NCBI GenBank assembly: GCA_036785375.1
Contig: JAWMAR010000199.1
Span: 4,092,001-4,156,000, forward strand
Direction of reading: 5' to 3'
DNA from: Leucoraja ocellata
Lineage: Eukaryota
DNA: 64,000 nt
The notes under the pieces were generated by a model. That model worked only from the letters and a program-made list of their open reading frames with translations. It was not told where the DNA came from and made no database searches. Every line of letters starts with the position of its first letter. The stretch's first letter is position 1. The translations under genes and the position numbers were made by a program. Below, one piece after another: positions 50,424 to 63,759 of this stretch.

Positions 50424-50557
50424 TAAGGAGGAACTGTAGATGCTGGAAAATCAAAGGTAGACAAAAATGCTGGAGAAACTCAGCCAGTGAGGCAGCATCT
50501 ATGGAGCTCCACAGATGCTGCCTCACCCGCTGAGTTTCTCCAGCATATTCGTCTGCC
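50424..50557. mobile_element. Palindromic Penelope terminal-repeat insertion with 17-bp TSD
   Basis: Arms of about 45 bp meet at ggagctcc. tgcctttttataatgtt at 50407-50423 and 50558-50574. Confidence 0.82.
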
Positions 50558-51124
50558 TGCCTTTTTATAATGTTCTTCTAGATGCATAATTCACTGATAA
50601 TTGATTATAAACACCAATAATGGATGCTATTCCTTTATATGCTATTGACAGGTAACCTATTGACATGAAAAGCTTCATATCAGGGGACGTATTTGGATTC
50701 CTGTGATCTATTCTGATGCCCGTTTTTGTGGTCGAGTGAACGACACTGAAACCGGAGGCCATGAATATTCAGGAGAGAATTCAGGAGAAACTATTTAAAC
50801 TAAAGAATGGTTGGGATATGGAATTCACCACGACCAGAAGGGGAATAACACATTTTATAGAGGGATAGATAAAGACACAAAGGAGACAGGATAGTGGGAT
50901 TGGAATGAGCTGAAGTACAGGAAGCATTAGTTGACAAATTGTCTTTGTGCTGCGAGTTCTATGTAGTTGTATTTAAAATACATAAATTGCCAGCCACTCT
51001 TCCTGCCACAACAGATTAATTTGTGCTGCTAAAAATGCGGATCAGAGTCTCCATTATGTGGTTTTAGTCTGACACTTAGCAAGCTGTGTCAAAAAATTGC
51101 AACACAAATAAGCAATGGATAATG

Positions 51125-51920
51125 GAGGCACAAGAGACTGTAGATACTGCAAACACAAGACTAGATACTGGAGACACAAGACTAGATACTGGAGACACAA
51201 GACCAGATACTGAAGACACAAGACTAGATACTGGAGACACAAGACTAGATACTGGAGACACAAAACTAGATACTGGAGACACAAGACTAGATACTGGAGA
51301 CACAAGACTGTAGATACTGGAGACACAAGACTAGATACTGGAGACACAAGACTAGATACTGGAGAAACAAGACTAGATACTGGAGACACAAGACTAGATA
51401 CTGGAGACACAAGACTAGATACTGGAGACACAAGACTAGATACTGGAGAAACAAGACTAGACACTGGAGACACAAGACTAGATACTGGAGACACAAGACT
51501 AGATACTGGAGACACAAGACTAGATACTGGAGACACAAGACTAGATACTGGAGACACAAGACTAGATACTGGAGACACAAGACTAGATACTGGAGACACA
51601 AAACTAGATACTGGAGACACAAGACTAGATACTGGAGACACAAGACTAGACACTGGAGACACAAGACTGTAGATACTGGAGGCACAAGACTAGATACTAG
51701 AGACACAAGACTAGATACTGGAGACACAAGACTAGATACTAGAGACACAAGACTAGACACTGGAGACACAAGACTAGACACTGAAGACACAAGACTAGAT
51801 ACTGGAGACACAAGACTAGATACTGGAGACACAAGACTAGACACTGGAGACACAAGACTAGATACTAGAGACACAAGACTAGATACTGGAGACACAAGAC
51901 TAGATACTGGAGACACAAGA
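51125..51920. repeat. 21-bp minisatellite (GACACAAGACTAGATACTGGA) x~37
   Basis: Read directly. Occasional 23-bp variants (gactgtagat). Confidence 0.97.
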
Positions 51921-52436
51921 AAGCTTCTGGAGGAACTTAGTGGGTCATGCAGTATCTGTGAAAATAAATGGATAGTCAACAATTTGTGTCAAAAGCCTAC
52001 ATCTTGACTTCATCTAGACCTTTCATCCAGATATAGGGTCTCAATCTGAAATGTTGATCTTTCATTTCCCTCCACAGATGTTGACTGAACTGCTGAGTTC
52101 CTGAGTAGCTCTCCTTCTTTGCAACCAATGATAAACATTGGGACCAGTGAGTGAGACTCTCCCACATGGCTCAGTACACCAGGTTGGGTTTGATTCTCTA
52201 TATTGTACTGGAATAATGAAAATGAGAATTGGACCAATGTAAGCATATGCTCTGTAAGTAACAGTCACACCAAGGCTGACTGATCACGGAATAGTCTCAT
52301 TCAATTCCTGCATATTGCTACACTAACCCATCAAATAGCTCACTTTAACATAACCTTTTACTCACTATAATCCAACGTCATTATTGGTGCCTCATTGCTT
52401 GTACAGTAATTACCCACATCATCCTAGCAATTACAC

Positions 52437-52725
52437 AAAGTGGTGCAGCAGTCGAGTTTCTGCCTTACAGTGCAAGAGACTGGGGTTTGATCCTGACTCC
52501 ATCTGCTGTCTCTGTGGAGTTTGAACCTTCTCCCTGTAACTGTGTGGGTTTTCTCTGGGTGCTCTGGGGCGGGTTTGTAGGCTAATTGGGCTAATTGGTG
52601 GTTAAATTCCTCTAGTGTGTTGGATGTGAACCTGGGATAATGTAGAATTAGTGTAAACGGGTGATCATTGGTCAGCATGGACTCAGTGGGCCGAAGGGCC
52701 TGTTTCCTTTCTGTATCTCTAAACA
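52437..52725 (+). mobile_element. HE1-like V-SINE
   Basis: Degenerate A/B boxes, body and CR1-like tail. Other copies at about 22135-22290(-), 30135-30545(-), 38950-39115(-) and 54000-54300(+). Confidence 0.75.
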
Positions 52726-53507
52726 AAGTGTTTATGTCTCAAATTCCACTAATTAGACAGCACATTTAATTTACAATCCCGCTGAATGTACTTGATTATA
52801 ACTGTGATCTCCTGCACACTTTAATACCGCTAATTGTGTAAAAAATGTTTCATCTGAGTGATAGTGCCTCAGGCTGTAGTGGGCTTTAAATGAAGGTAAG
52901 TGAAATTTGATTGTAAACAAAGAATGCCAGTGACATGTGATTAAGTGCCCTGTGACTTTTTCTCACAGAGAGTTGTGAGTCTGTTTTCCCTTAAGAATTT
53001 TGTAAGTTTCTATAAGATCCCCCTCAATCTTCTAAATTCTAGCGAGTACAAGCCGAGTCTATCTAGTCTTTCTTCATATGAAAGCCCTGACATCCCAGGC
53101 TGGTTAACCTTCTCTGTACTCCCTCTATGGCAAGAATGTCTTTGGCAAGGGAGATGGAGAGGGCGGTGGAGGCCGGTTATCTGGATGCTTTCAAGAGAGA
53201 GCTAGATAGGGCTCTTAAAGATAGCGTAGTCAGGGGATATGGGGACAAGGCAGGCACGGGTTATTGATTGGGGACGATCAGCCATGAACACAACGAAGGG
53301 CCGAATGGCCTCCTCCAGCACTTATTTTCTATGTCTACATTTTGTCCTGTTGGGCCTAATCTTTTGGCATTATATCACCAAGGGTTCTAAAAATGGAGGT
53401 GCAATTAACACAAAAGTATTTCTAAAGTTAAATACAAGAAAAGCCAACGTGTGGTTGGTGTGGGCAGGATGTAAGTTGTGTACCATGTTGATGTGGTACC
53501 ATTACTG

Positions 53508-53516
53508 CAGAGAGAC

Positions 53517-53561
<45 letters not shown>

Positions 53562-53581
53562 GAGAGAGGGAGAGAGAGAGG
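53508..53581. repeat. (GA)n microsatellite
   Basis: Read directly. Confidence 0.95.
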
Positions 53582-53885
53582 GATATCCTGGACGGCAAAC
53601 AGGCCCATGTTGATGGTGACCATTGACAAATACCAAAGTCCCAGTGGACATCTCAGTCAGGGACCATTTTCACATGATGACAGGAACTCCACTGCCGCGA
53701 TGTGCAATTACGGAGTAACCACAAACTGTGCATGAATGCTCATGCAACTGGCATCCTACCATCCACATTTGTCTTGTAGGCCCAGCTACCTTTGAATTAC
53801 TTTTGTGGATGCTATGGTTCACAGCCAGGTTGTGCCACCCTGTTGAACATCAAACCAACTGTGATCTCAGACCACATTCACCTGT

Positions 53886-53958
53886 CTTGGTACTCCAGGA
53901 GGCCTTGGTACTCCAGGAGGCCTTGGTACTCCAGGAGGCCTTGGTACTCCAGGAGGCC
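53886..53958. repeat. 18-bp tandem repeat (CTTGGTACTCCAGGAGGC) x4
   Basis: Read directly. Confidence 0.93.
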
Positions 53959-54489
53959 TGCAGTATTGGCCGAGTGAGTATCTCGATCTGTTGCTTGCTG
54001 GCAGCCCAGGGGCCCAGCTGGTAGAGCCACTACCTCACAGCACAAGAGACCCAGGTTCAATCCTGACTTCTGCTATTGGCTGCGTGGAGTGCACCAGTTT
54101 GGTTCTTTTGACCATGTGGGTGACCTCCATGTAAACCCATTTCCACCCACATCTCAAAATCAGGCTTTTGTGAAGTTGAATTTAATTAATTGGCCATTGC
54201 AAATTGCTCCCTGTGTGTTGAAGGCATTAACAGAATGAGGAGTATAAATGGAATTGGTTTAAATGCGTGGCTAATGGTCAGTGTGGACTCATTAGATGAA
54301 GGACTCAACCTTCCTTGATTCTACCAGACCAGACTAAGAGAACAGTCCTTGCTACCAACTAACCAACACGAGCAAGATGTAGAAGGAGCAAGTAAGTCTA
54401 CAATGTGGACGTCTCCTTCTGCCTGGAGTCTACATCATCAAACAACTCTGGAGAGACCATAGTAATGGTAGCATCAACTGCAAGTACAA

Positions 54490-54760
54490 GTAGACACAAA
54501 ATGCTGGAGTAACTCAGCGGCTGAGGCAGCATTTCAGGAGAGAATGAATAGGTGACGGTTCAGGTCGAGACCTTTCTTCAGATTGATCAGGGGCGGGGTA
54601 GGGACAAAGAGAATGTAGGCGGAGACAATAAGACTGGAGGGAGGACTGTGAAGGGGAGGGGATGGAGAGAGAAAGCACCTTGTATTTCACTTGTGTAGTT
54701 TACACCCCAGCAGTATGAACATTGACTTCTCTAACCAGATAGCCCTTGTTTTGTCTCTCA
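54490..54760. mobile_element. Penelope fragment with inversion: minus-strand terminal repeat/3' UTR joined to a plus-strand GIY-YIG tail
   Basis: Minus hammerhead-like core at about 54555-54582. The plus strand encodes HLVFHLCSLHPSSMNIDFSN at about 54676-54735. Confidence 0.72.
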
Positions 54761-56446
54761 GCAACCACATGTTGATCAACAGTAGCATGGATCATCAACA
54801 GTAGCATGGATCATCAACAGTTGTATCATCAACAGGTATCTGAGACTGAGAAATATGATCCTGTACCTTAATATCCCTAATGCTACTAACAAATACCACC
54901 TTCCCATCTTGCAGTGCCTATATTTCATCAATCTATATTATTGATCACTGAGTTGATTGTTTATTTATAATGTGCTAATGATGTGCGTGTGCCACTAATG
55001 TATGTGTGTGTCACTGTCACTAAAATATCTGGTCCAGATAATGTCCACATCACTATGTACACTCTGGAACGTTAAGCTGGGAAATAAAGCATTGTATTGC
55101 ACAGAGGCATTGGTCTGCTGTTCATGCAGAACGTATTATATCATGAACAAGAAGATAACGTTCTGTATCAATAGCCCACTAGTCACAGATATAGTTGCCC
55201 TCACACAGTGGGTCAGACCGAGAGATCATTTCATCTTAGTGATGGTGCTGAAAGGCAGAGGGAACCTCATTGTGAGGTTAAATAGAACACGGTTATAACT
55301 GACCTTGGGGGCATGACAGAGTGGATGTGGGAGTACCTGCAGCAAGCCAAGGGGTCACTCATTCACTTACGACAGATGAGGTGATTGTTGTTCCCCCAGA
55401 AGGCTGTGAGTCTTGGGATTCACCTCCTTAAAGAGGCAGATAAGATCAGGGTAAGAATTGTAGAGCTACAGTTGTAATCACATCAGCCATGACTTTATGG
55501 GAGTGGGTAAACGGCTACATTTGCTCCTAATTGACATGTTCATATGTTTAGATTTGTCTTCATTAAGCAGTTGCTGGGACATGGATGGAGTTCATTGCTC
55601 GGGAATAGAGTTCAGGGCAGGATCTGATTACAACAGAAAACTAAAACACTGCTAGAAAATTGGGAGCAAAATCAGAAGGGTTGATAGTGTGGACTTCTAG
55701 TTTCTGATTGCTGTGTATGAATAATGGTGAGATTGGACTGGCCTCACACAGAAACCTGCTTCATGATGGAGGTAATCAGATCATTGGCACAGTGTCAGTG
55801 TCAGTGTGTACATGAGAAGAGAAATAGTTCACCACAACTCTACTGACATAGTGGATTGACAGCACAGACTAAACTGCTATCACCTACATTGCCAAAGGGT
55901 GAATCATTTTGAAAGAGTAAAGCTTCAATTTATCTGCTCTTTGTAATCCAGCGTTCAGGTAATTATCTTTAGAAGAGTATTCAATTCCGTTTCCTTGCTG
56001 ATGTTTCACATCGGTGAGGTGCTTGCAACCATTGGTGAGAATACTTAAACAGACATGGGCAATCACACAAGGCTGGGAGGGGTGATTGGGAGAAGCCATG
56101 GTAATTATTTCCTTGCTTCATTTGAGAAGCTGTACATGTGCAAGTTTTAGATCATGTAGAGAATGAAAGCTGACGTGCAATATTTGGACTTGGCATCTGT
56201 CACAACAACTGTTCTCACTGCAACGTTTAAGCAACACTGGCACCTTGAATGCTTCAGGCAGCAGATAGTAATTACTGTTGCACTGCCCAGACTAATATTC
56301 CACTTCAGTACACAGGGAAAGTTTTACAATGAGTTTGAAAGCTCTCGCAGGTGTGCAATAATGTTCTTCATAACACGTCAATGATTTCATATCAATGCTG
56401 TATACTGAGCAACATTGGCAGGGATGGCGTCGAGAATTCCTTCCCC

Positions 56447-56963
56447 GTTCCTTCTCCCCACAGATGCTGCCTGACCCACTGAGTTACTCCAGCACTCTGT
56501 GAAACGTCACCTATCCATGTTCTCCACAGATGCTGCCTGACCCGCTGAGTTACTCCAGCACTCTGTGAAACGTCACCTATCCATGTTCTCCACAGATGCT
56601 GCCTGACCCGCTGAGTTACTCCAGCACTCTGTGAAACGTCACCTATCCATGTTCTCCACAGATGCTGCCTGACCCACTGATTTACTCCAGCACTCTGTGA
56701 AACGTCACCTATCCATGTTCTCCACAGATGCTGCCTGACCCGCTGAGTTACTCCAGCACTCTGTGAAACGTCACCTATCCATGTTCTCCACAGATGCTGC
56801 CTGACCCGCTGAGTTACTCCAGCACTCTGTGAAACGTCACCTATCCATGTTCTCCACAGATGCTGCCTGACCCACTGAGTTACTCCAGCACTCTGTGAAA
56901 CGTCACCTATCCATGTTCTCCACAGATGCTGCCTGACCCACTGAGTTACTCCAGCATTTTGTG
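56447..56963 (+). repeat. Second 66-bp satellite array (~7.7 units), same unit as 48602-49044
   Basis: GAAACGTC at 56501, 56567, 56633, 56699, 56765, 56831 and 56897. Confidence 0.93.
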
Positions 56964-59900
56964 AGAACCCTGATTCAGTACAGTGGCCTCATCAATAGAT
57001 TTGTGACATCCTTCATTACCTCACCTTAGTATCAGCTGGACCGTTAATATTACCAATGGGCAGACATTGAAAGCAAATGGAGGGAAAGGGAAAGGTTTCA
57101 TTTTATATGGCACCTTTCATGACCTGTCAACGTACTAGATAACTAGAACCTAATAGGTAAAGCTGTTTCTCCAACAGGAAATGTATATCTACTCCTCTCC
57201 AATTATTCCCATGGGATTTTTCATCCTCCAAAAGGATGGCCAGGAACTCAGCTACAGAAACCTCAGAAACATCAATTTCAATTTGTCAACGTGCGTTCTG
57301 TTTCCATCCTAAGAAGAGCCGAAGGGCCGAATGGCCTACTCCTGCACCTAATTTCTATGTTCTATGTTTCTATGAAAATCTCCAGCTGTTATAAAAAATA
57401 GCAACACATATCTTGCATTGTCTGCTTTTATCCCAGTTGACAATATAATGACGCAAGGCCGTTCACCTCTGTTGGCACTGAATGGGTGATGTGTACATTT
57501 AAGATAAGTAACAGGAGCATGTGCCAGTATGAATCTGCACTCAGTATAGACTATTCTAAAGGACAACATTGGGCAGGGAAATCAGTCGTGGTTATAATTG
57601 ATATGAAAAATTGATTTCTTGACATGAAGTTAGCAACCAAAGTTATATTTGGAAACGTCTCATCCTATCGTGCTGGATCCCACTCAAGTAACATCAGGAA
57701 GAATAGTTAACCTATAATTTCCTGTTTCTGTCAGGTTTCTGGGCACCCCTTCCCTTCCAAAAGGAAAACAGCAGCAACTACATTTCAAACAAACAATCCC
57801 CCAACTACTTGCCCCAATTAAATTGATGTCATCAATTACTTTCCTATTATTAGTTGAATAAATCATCTACTTGTGAATAACTTAAATCTACAATTTCATC
57901 CCACAGTACCTGGTATTATCCATCTTTAGAATTATGTCACACACCTTGCTCTGCTTCTCCCTTCATGTACTACACAACTCTAGTGTAGATGGGACATGTT
58001 GGTCAGTGTGGGCAAGTTGGGCCGAAGGGCCTGTTTCCATGCTGTATCACTCGATGACTCTAAGACCACCCCCAGAAACTCACTGGATTTCCTTGCATTT
58101 TACAAATGTTCTTCCTTCTAGCAGTCTACAGACAGTTCCAGCCCAGGCTTGGTGCTTTTCTTTAACTCTCCTTGCTGCTACTTTCAGGCATTGCTGGCAC
58201 CTTGCACTATTGATCTTGAAGATTGCAATGGCCCAAGTCTTGTGTGGACTGTCTTCATGGCAGCACTTGCCCAGCTCAGCAAACCTGGCCCTAACCTGCT
58301 GTGAATTTCCCTCGCAGAAAACAAGTTGTTGCAGGAACTCAATAGGTCAGGCAGCATTTGTGGAAGCAGAGAGATGTTGACATTCAGGTCCTGCTGCTGT
58401 ATCACACCCAAACACATCAACCATCCTTCTCCCTCCATAGATCTGCCTGACTCTCTGAGTTCCTCCAGCACCGTGGTTTTGTTTCCAGTTTACAGCATCT
58501 GCAATATCTTGTGCCTCAATGTCTTCAGCAAAGTTGCCAATTACTTTATTGTCTGGGATTCTTCCAAGTATAAATGGTAAGCCCTGCTTTTACACAAATC
58601 CATTGACAGCTGGCAAAGCCATGCCACAAAACTTAAAGGCTGTGGATCATTTCTGTTATATTCCTTCTTGATTAAACTTGCTGTCCATCTGATGTCCAGT
58701 TGAGTTTGCATACATCATGCATCCTGCAAGCTTGATCGATTATTGACAATAATGGCACATTGACTCAACAATTATCTTCATCATATCGATACTCACAAAG
58801 TCCCAGAAACCATTAAAAAGTTAAACTATTGCAATTTGTAATTCTAAAGGAATTAAACAGTTAAAACAGTAGAAAATATTATACTAGAAATAAATGTAGT
58901 AAAATTAAATAAATTATTTTCTTTGTCAAAGGTCACAGATTCTTAGTCTGGGAACGTTCTTTGGACTACTAAACCAACGCTAATACGTAAACCTCCTTCT
59001 ACCCACCTTCTCCCTTCCAGGCTTCCCCCCCAGCACAATGAATGAGCTCCCTGTACCTGTCAACCTTCGTACCCCACAGCACAATCCAACCACCAGGAAA
59101 TCGCCAGCAATCAGCTGTGTATTTACACGGAGGTCACAACCATCCATGTTGTGCTGGAGATTCTGTTGTCATTATTAGTGAAACGCTGCCAATTGTACAA
59201 GTTCCAACGTACTCTAAATAAGTGAGAGAGAAAAACAGACTGTTGGAGGAACTCAATGCAGGAAGTCAATAGAAGGAAGGCAGTAGACAGCCAATGGTTA
59301 CAATCTTCCCTTAGTCATGACCCAAAACATTATCTGTCCACTTCCTTCCACAGATGCTGCCCAACACATTGAGTTCTTCCAGCAACTCAGCATCTACAGT
59401 CTCTTCTGTCTCCATGTTCTAAATACAGCTCAGAGATTCACACAGGTCTTCCATGTAGAAGGATGGATAAAAAACTATTGCAATCTTGCTTTTTAAAATG
59501 TCGACAGGCAGGGTAAATGTTAATCAACTTGATCTGTTACAGTGCTTCCCACACAACAAGCCGCCAGCTAAAGGCACGAGAATGACCCTAGAGGCATCGA
59601 CCCTAGAGGCATCGTCCCTAGAGGCACTTGGCTGCACCAACGCATCTCTGTGTATCCCTGTTGAAGGCATGTTTTACTGAGGCTTGCTGGGAGTGTGGTC
59701 TCATGCTGCAACAAACAGGACAACTTGGCTCCTCAACCAAGATTTAAGAATTAAAAAATAATCAAAGGATTGAAAAGCAAATTGTTAGAATGGGAGGTTT
59801 TAGAGAAATAAAGGAGAAAAAAATGAAAATAGTGCAAGTAAAGAGATAGAAAGTGAAATTAAACAAAGATAACATTTTTAACACGTTATTAAAATCTCCA

Positions 59901-62900
59901 AAACCAATTTGTTCCACATCTTCACACCTTTAATTACTCACTTTGCAGGCAAGAAAAGTTGATTGGAGGTCATTAACAATTACCATACCATTAAAAGGAT
60001 ACTTACTTTATTAACGACCAGATTTAACTTTCTGCGGATGGGTTTAATGGGCCATGGATGGACAAGAGCTGCAACTTTGTGAAAACTTTGACATAATTTT
60101 AATCAAACTAACCATGGAGGTGTGCAAACTTTTCCTAAAATTATAATGATTTATAACTCAAAGAGATAATCTCCCATTGCTGGCCAACAAACATATTAAT
60201 AACAGTCTGCATTGGTTCTTTTTGGATAATTCTGGCCAAGTGCCAACACTAAATCCTTTCATAAAAGACTCACATTTATGCTGCTCCTTTCATGTGTTTC
60301 ACAGACAATTTCTGAGCTGGGTAGTGGATTTTCACAAATAGGGAGAAGATATCTGAAGGAGTGGCCCTATTTGGATCAGGGGCCACGGGAGAAGATGTGG
60401 ACATTTTTAGAGGTGTAAAAAGATGAGAGATATCAGACTGAAGGAGATTTCAGACATTAAAAGAGTAAAGAAATGAAAGTGAAGGTTTGCCGTGATTCTA
60501 GTTTCATGGATGTTTGGTATTGATTGGTCGTTCCAGCAGATGTTGGAATATTTTTATCCTATCTGATGCAGGAGCCTGAGATACTCAACAATGGATGGTA
60601 TACATACGGAACTTTCTTTTCTCTCTTGTTTATCATATTGTTTACAGTTTACTATGTTTACATATCGTGTTGTGCTGTAGCAAGTAAGAATGTCATTGCT
60701 CTATCTGGGACACTTGACAATAAAACACTCTTGACTGTTGATCCTCTTCTGATATCTATACACAAGCACCTGAAACACCTGACGGCTTCTCTCCCCATAG
60801 GCACTGCCTGACCTGCTCGGTGTTTATAGTTTTTTATTTCAAATTCCTAACATTTTAATTTTGATTTGTAACTTAGTCCTGTTGTGAAGTTGGAAAGGTT
60901 GCACATTGGATGATTTACGTCTACCAGCCTATGTCTCATCAGTATTCCTAATGTTAGACAACAAGAAACACAGGGAAACTTGGACTTAACTTTAAGATAA
61001 TTACCCCAGTCCCCAGATTGTGTTTGTATAATGTTTTTAGGGAAATATCTGAGGTGTTTCACAAGAACATTATCGAATGGCATTTGTTACCATGCTGCTT
61101 AGTAAATACAAGGACACATAGATGTCTAAGTAATCTGGTCAAAAAGGTAAATGTTAATTAGCTTCACAGGAGGAGATCGAGGTTGAGAGAAGGAGAGAGT
61201 TGATCCTCATCTGAGGAGGTAGAATGAATCAGATCGTAACAGGAGGATTGTTCTTGCATCATTCAACAAGAAAAACACTTCCATCTTTGTCATCCGTGAG
61301 CACATCTGTTGTTAGTGCTGAATGAGGAAACGTTGACTACTTGCATCACCTCATCTTCCCAGCTACAACAGATGAATAAAGATCGTTTAATAGCCACTTC
61401 CTTTAGGCTTCACTAAACAGATGGTTTTGCTTAATGCTATTGCAGTTAGGTGCAACGTTTATTCATCCCTGCAATTACAGCTGTATTTGCTATATTGCTG
61501 CATAAATATATTGTAATTTTCAGACTATATTTCATACTGGATATAAAATACTAGAACTTGGTTTCTTTAGTCACCTTTGTAAAATGCTTCAATTCCGATG
61601 CACAATCACAGTTTCTCATGCAATTTATCTAAAGTATTTGGCGATACCTGTGGAGGAGAAAGACTAATCTTTCTCATTCCACTTGATCTACTGACCATAG
61701 AATCAGAAGCTCCCAATAAACCACGGGCAGCCAGGCTGGCTCCATGCAAAGCTGGGAGATTCCCAAATACATTTGAAAGTAACAGAGGGCTTCCAAACAG
61801 CAGAGTCTTACAAGCTGAGATCAAACGCCTCATGGAGCAGTGGGAATGAGGAATGAGCAAGTGGACATGTACAGTGTTTCCATGGAATTGTAAAGCCACA
61901 CAGAGATAGGGCAGAGCACGACAAGAATGTTTAAACTTAGATCACGAACATTAGAAAGAAAGAAACGGGAAGAGGAAGAGAGGAATGAAGACAAGGTGCC
62001 AACTTTGAGGAGCATCTACTGGTTGTCCACCATCTTCACTCTCTGTCCTTCTGCTCTTTGTCTTCAACCTCCCACAATGCTCCAACTGGAAGACACCCCA
62101 ATGTCGGTCATCATGGGTCCACTGGCAGTGGCAGGGTGACAAATGCCAAATGTGAGCCCAGCTCTTCACCACTGACCCACCTGATTAACAGACAAAGACG
62201 CAAAGCACTGGAGCAACTCAACAGGTAAGCAGTATCTTTGGAGAACATGGGTAGGTGATGTCTCAGGTCAGGAACCTTCTTCAGACTGATCTGTTTAACC
62301 ATACAGCCTCTACAGAGCTGGGCTTGAACATTGCTCATTGCTAGGGGAAAGTTATCACAGTTTATTATTATCCAAAAAATGAAATCTGTAGCAAACAGTG
62401 AGTTCTATAGAAAATGTCAGGAAGCCATGAACAGCTTGGTGGCAGAAAGAAAATGTTATTTACTAAAAATAAGATTATGTTAATATATTCTGGAAGGAAA
62501 AACAGGGAAAATGTTGAAATATATCATAGTGATACAGTGTGGAAACAGACCCTTCTGCCCAACTTGCCCACACAGACCAACATGTCCCATCTATACAATT
62601 CCCACCTGCCTGCGTTTGGCTCCATGGAATCATTTCCGTAACATATAGACCATAAAAATAACCATGAGTGCTTTAACTGAGACTGGAGAACAAGAACAAA
62701 CTTATCACAACTTTGTTTAAAGCTCTGGTTTTATCCAAAGTTCATTTTTGAATATATTTCTGAATCCTCATTACAGAAAGAAAGAAAAACAGAAAGTAAG
62801 ATAATAAGAACATCTTATCGGTATTTTACAGGAAGGTTGCAAAGCACCTCGTCTAATGAACTGAAGTGAATCCTTTGTTAGTTAGCAAGCAACTTATGCA

Positions 62901-63574
62901 CAAGAGAGTTGCATAAATAACAATTACATTAATATTCAGTTAATATTCTGTTTTTGGTGGATATGCACAGAGAATTTCTGCTCAAATGGTGCCGTGGGAT
63001 CTAACATTCATCTAATCTGTAGAAAGGCAGATAAGGCTTCATTTTAACATTTCATCTGAAGAAGATTATTTTTTCAAAGCACCCAACTTCTTCAGCTCCG
63101 ATGTGTCCTGTGACTTTCTTATTCAGAAACAAACTGGTCAAATTGAATCAGCACCAGTTCCCTTGAGAACTCGGTAAACAAGTGCATTTTACGCAGTGGA
63201 GATTATATTAACGATTTTTGACTTGTGGTGATTAAATTAGTTTCAACTGGTACTAAGTGGGAGATGTGGTTGACCTTGGAGCCAGGAGGTAAGGCAATGA
63301 GAAATGTTGATATGAATCATTATCCTGTTGCTGGAACGTACGTATCTACACGAAACGGACAACAAACGATTTTAAAACTCAAGATTCATATTTACAAAAT
63401 ACACCATTCATGGCTTCAGGACTTCAACAGGATGTAGGTAGACCCTACAACATGACAATATTTCAGTAATCACTGCTGTAAGGTAGAGCTCTTCCATGTA
63501 GCCTCACTAGCACTGGTGATTATTGGTGGTGTGGGCACCTAGGTGAGGCCCCAAACAGGCCAATGCCTTCCGAA

Positions 63575-63665
63575 ATATCTGAAGAAGGGTCTCGACCTGA
63601 AACGTCACCTTTCCTTCTCTCCAGAGATGCTGCCTGTCCCGCTGAGCTTTTTGTGTCCACCTTCA
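63575..63665 (+). ncRNA. Penelope-type terminal repeat with minimal hammerhead core (GUC triplet)
   Basis: CTGAAGA(63579)-a-gGGT-ctcg-ACCt-GAAAC-GTC-acc. Confidence 0.7.
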
Positions 63666-63759
63666 ACATTCCCTCAGCAAACAAATACTTGCAAAGCCTC
63701 CAGTTTAAATTCAATTTGGAATATTTTAGAGGACCAAGAAACCAAGAACCGACAACGCC

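Noticed and set aside
51054-51982. 200-230 aa repetitive ORFs (SLVSPVS / LVLCLQY)
   Set aside because: Translations of the 21-bp minisatellite.
48602-56963. CRISPR-like arrays
   Set aside because: Units are contiguous with no unique spacers, there are no cas genes, and the context is vertebrate.
61598-62139. Cluster of short ORFs as exons of a neighbouring gene
   Set aside because: No recognisable protein similarity or consistent splice structure.
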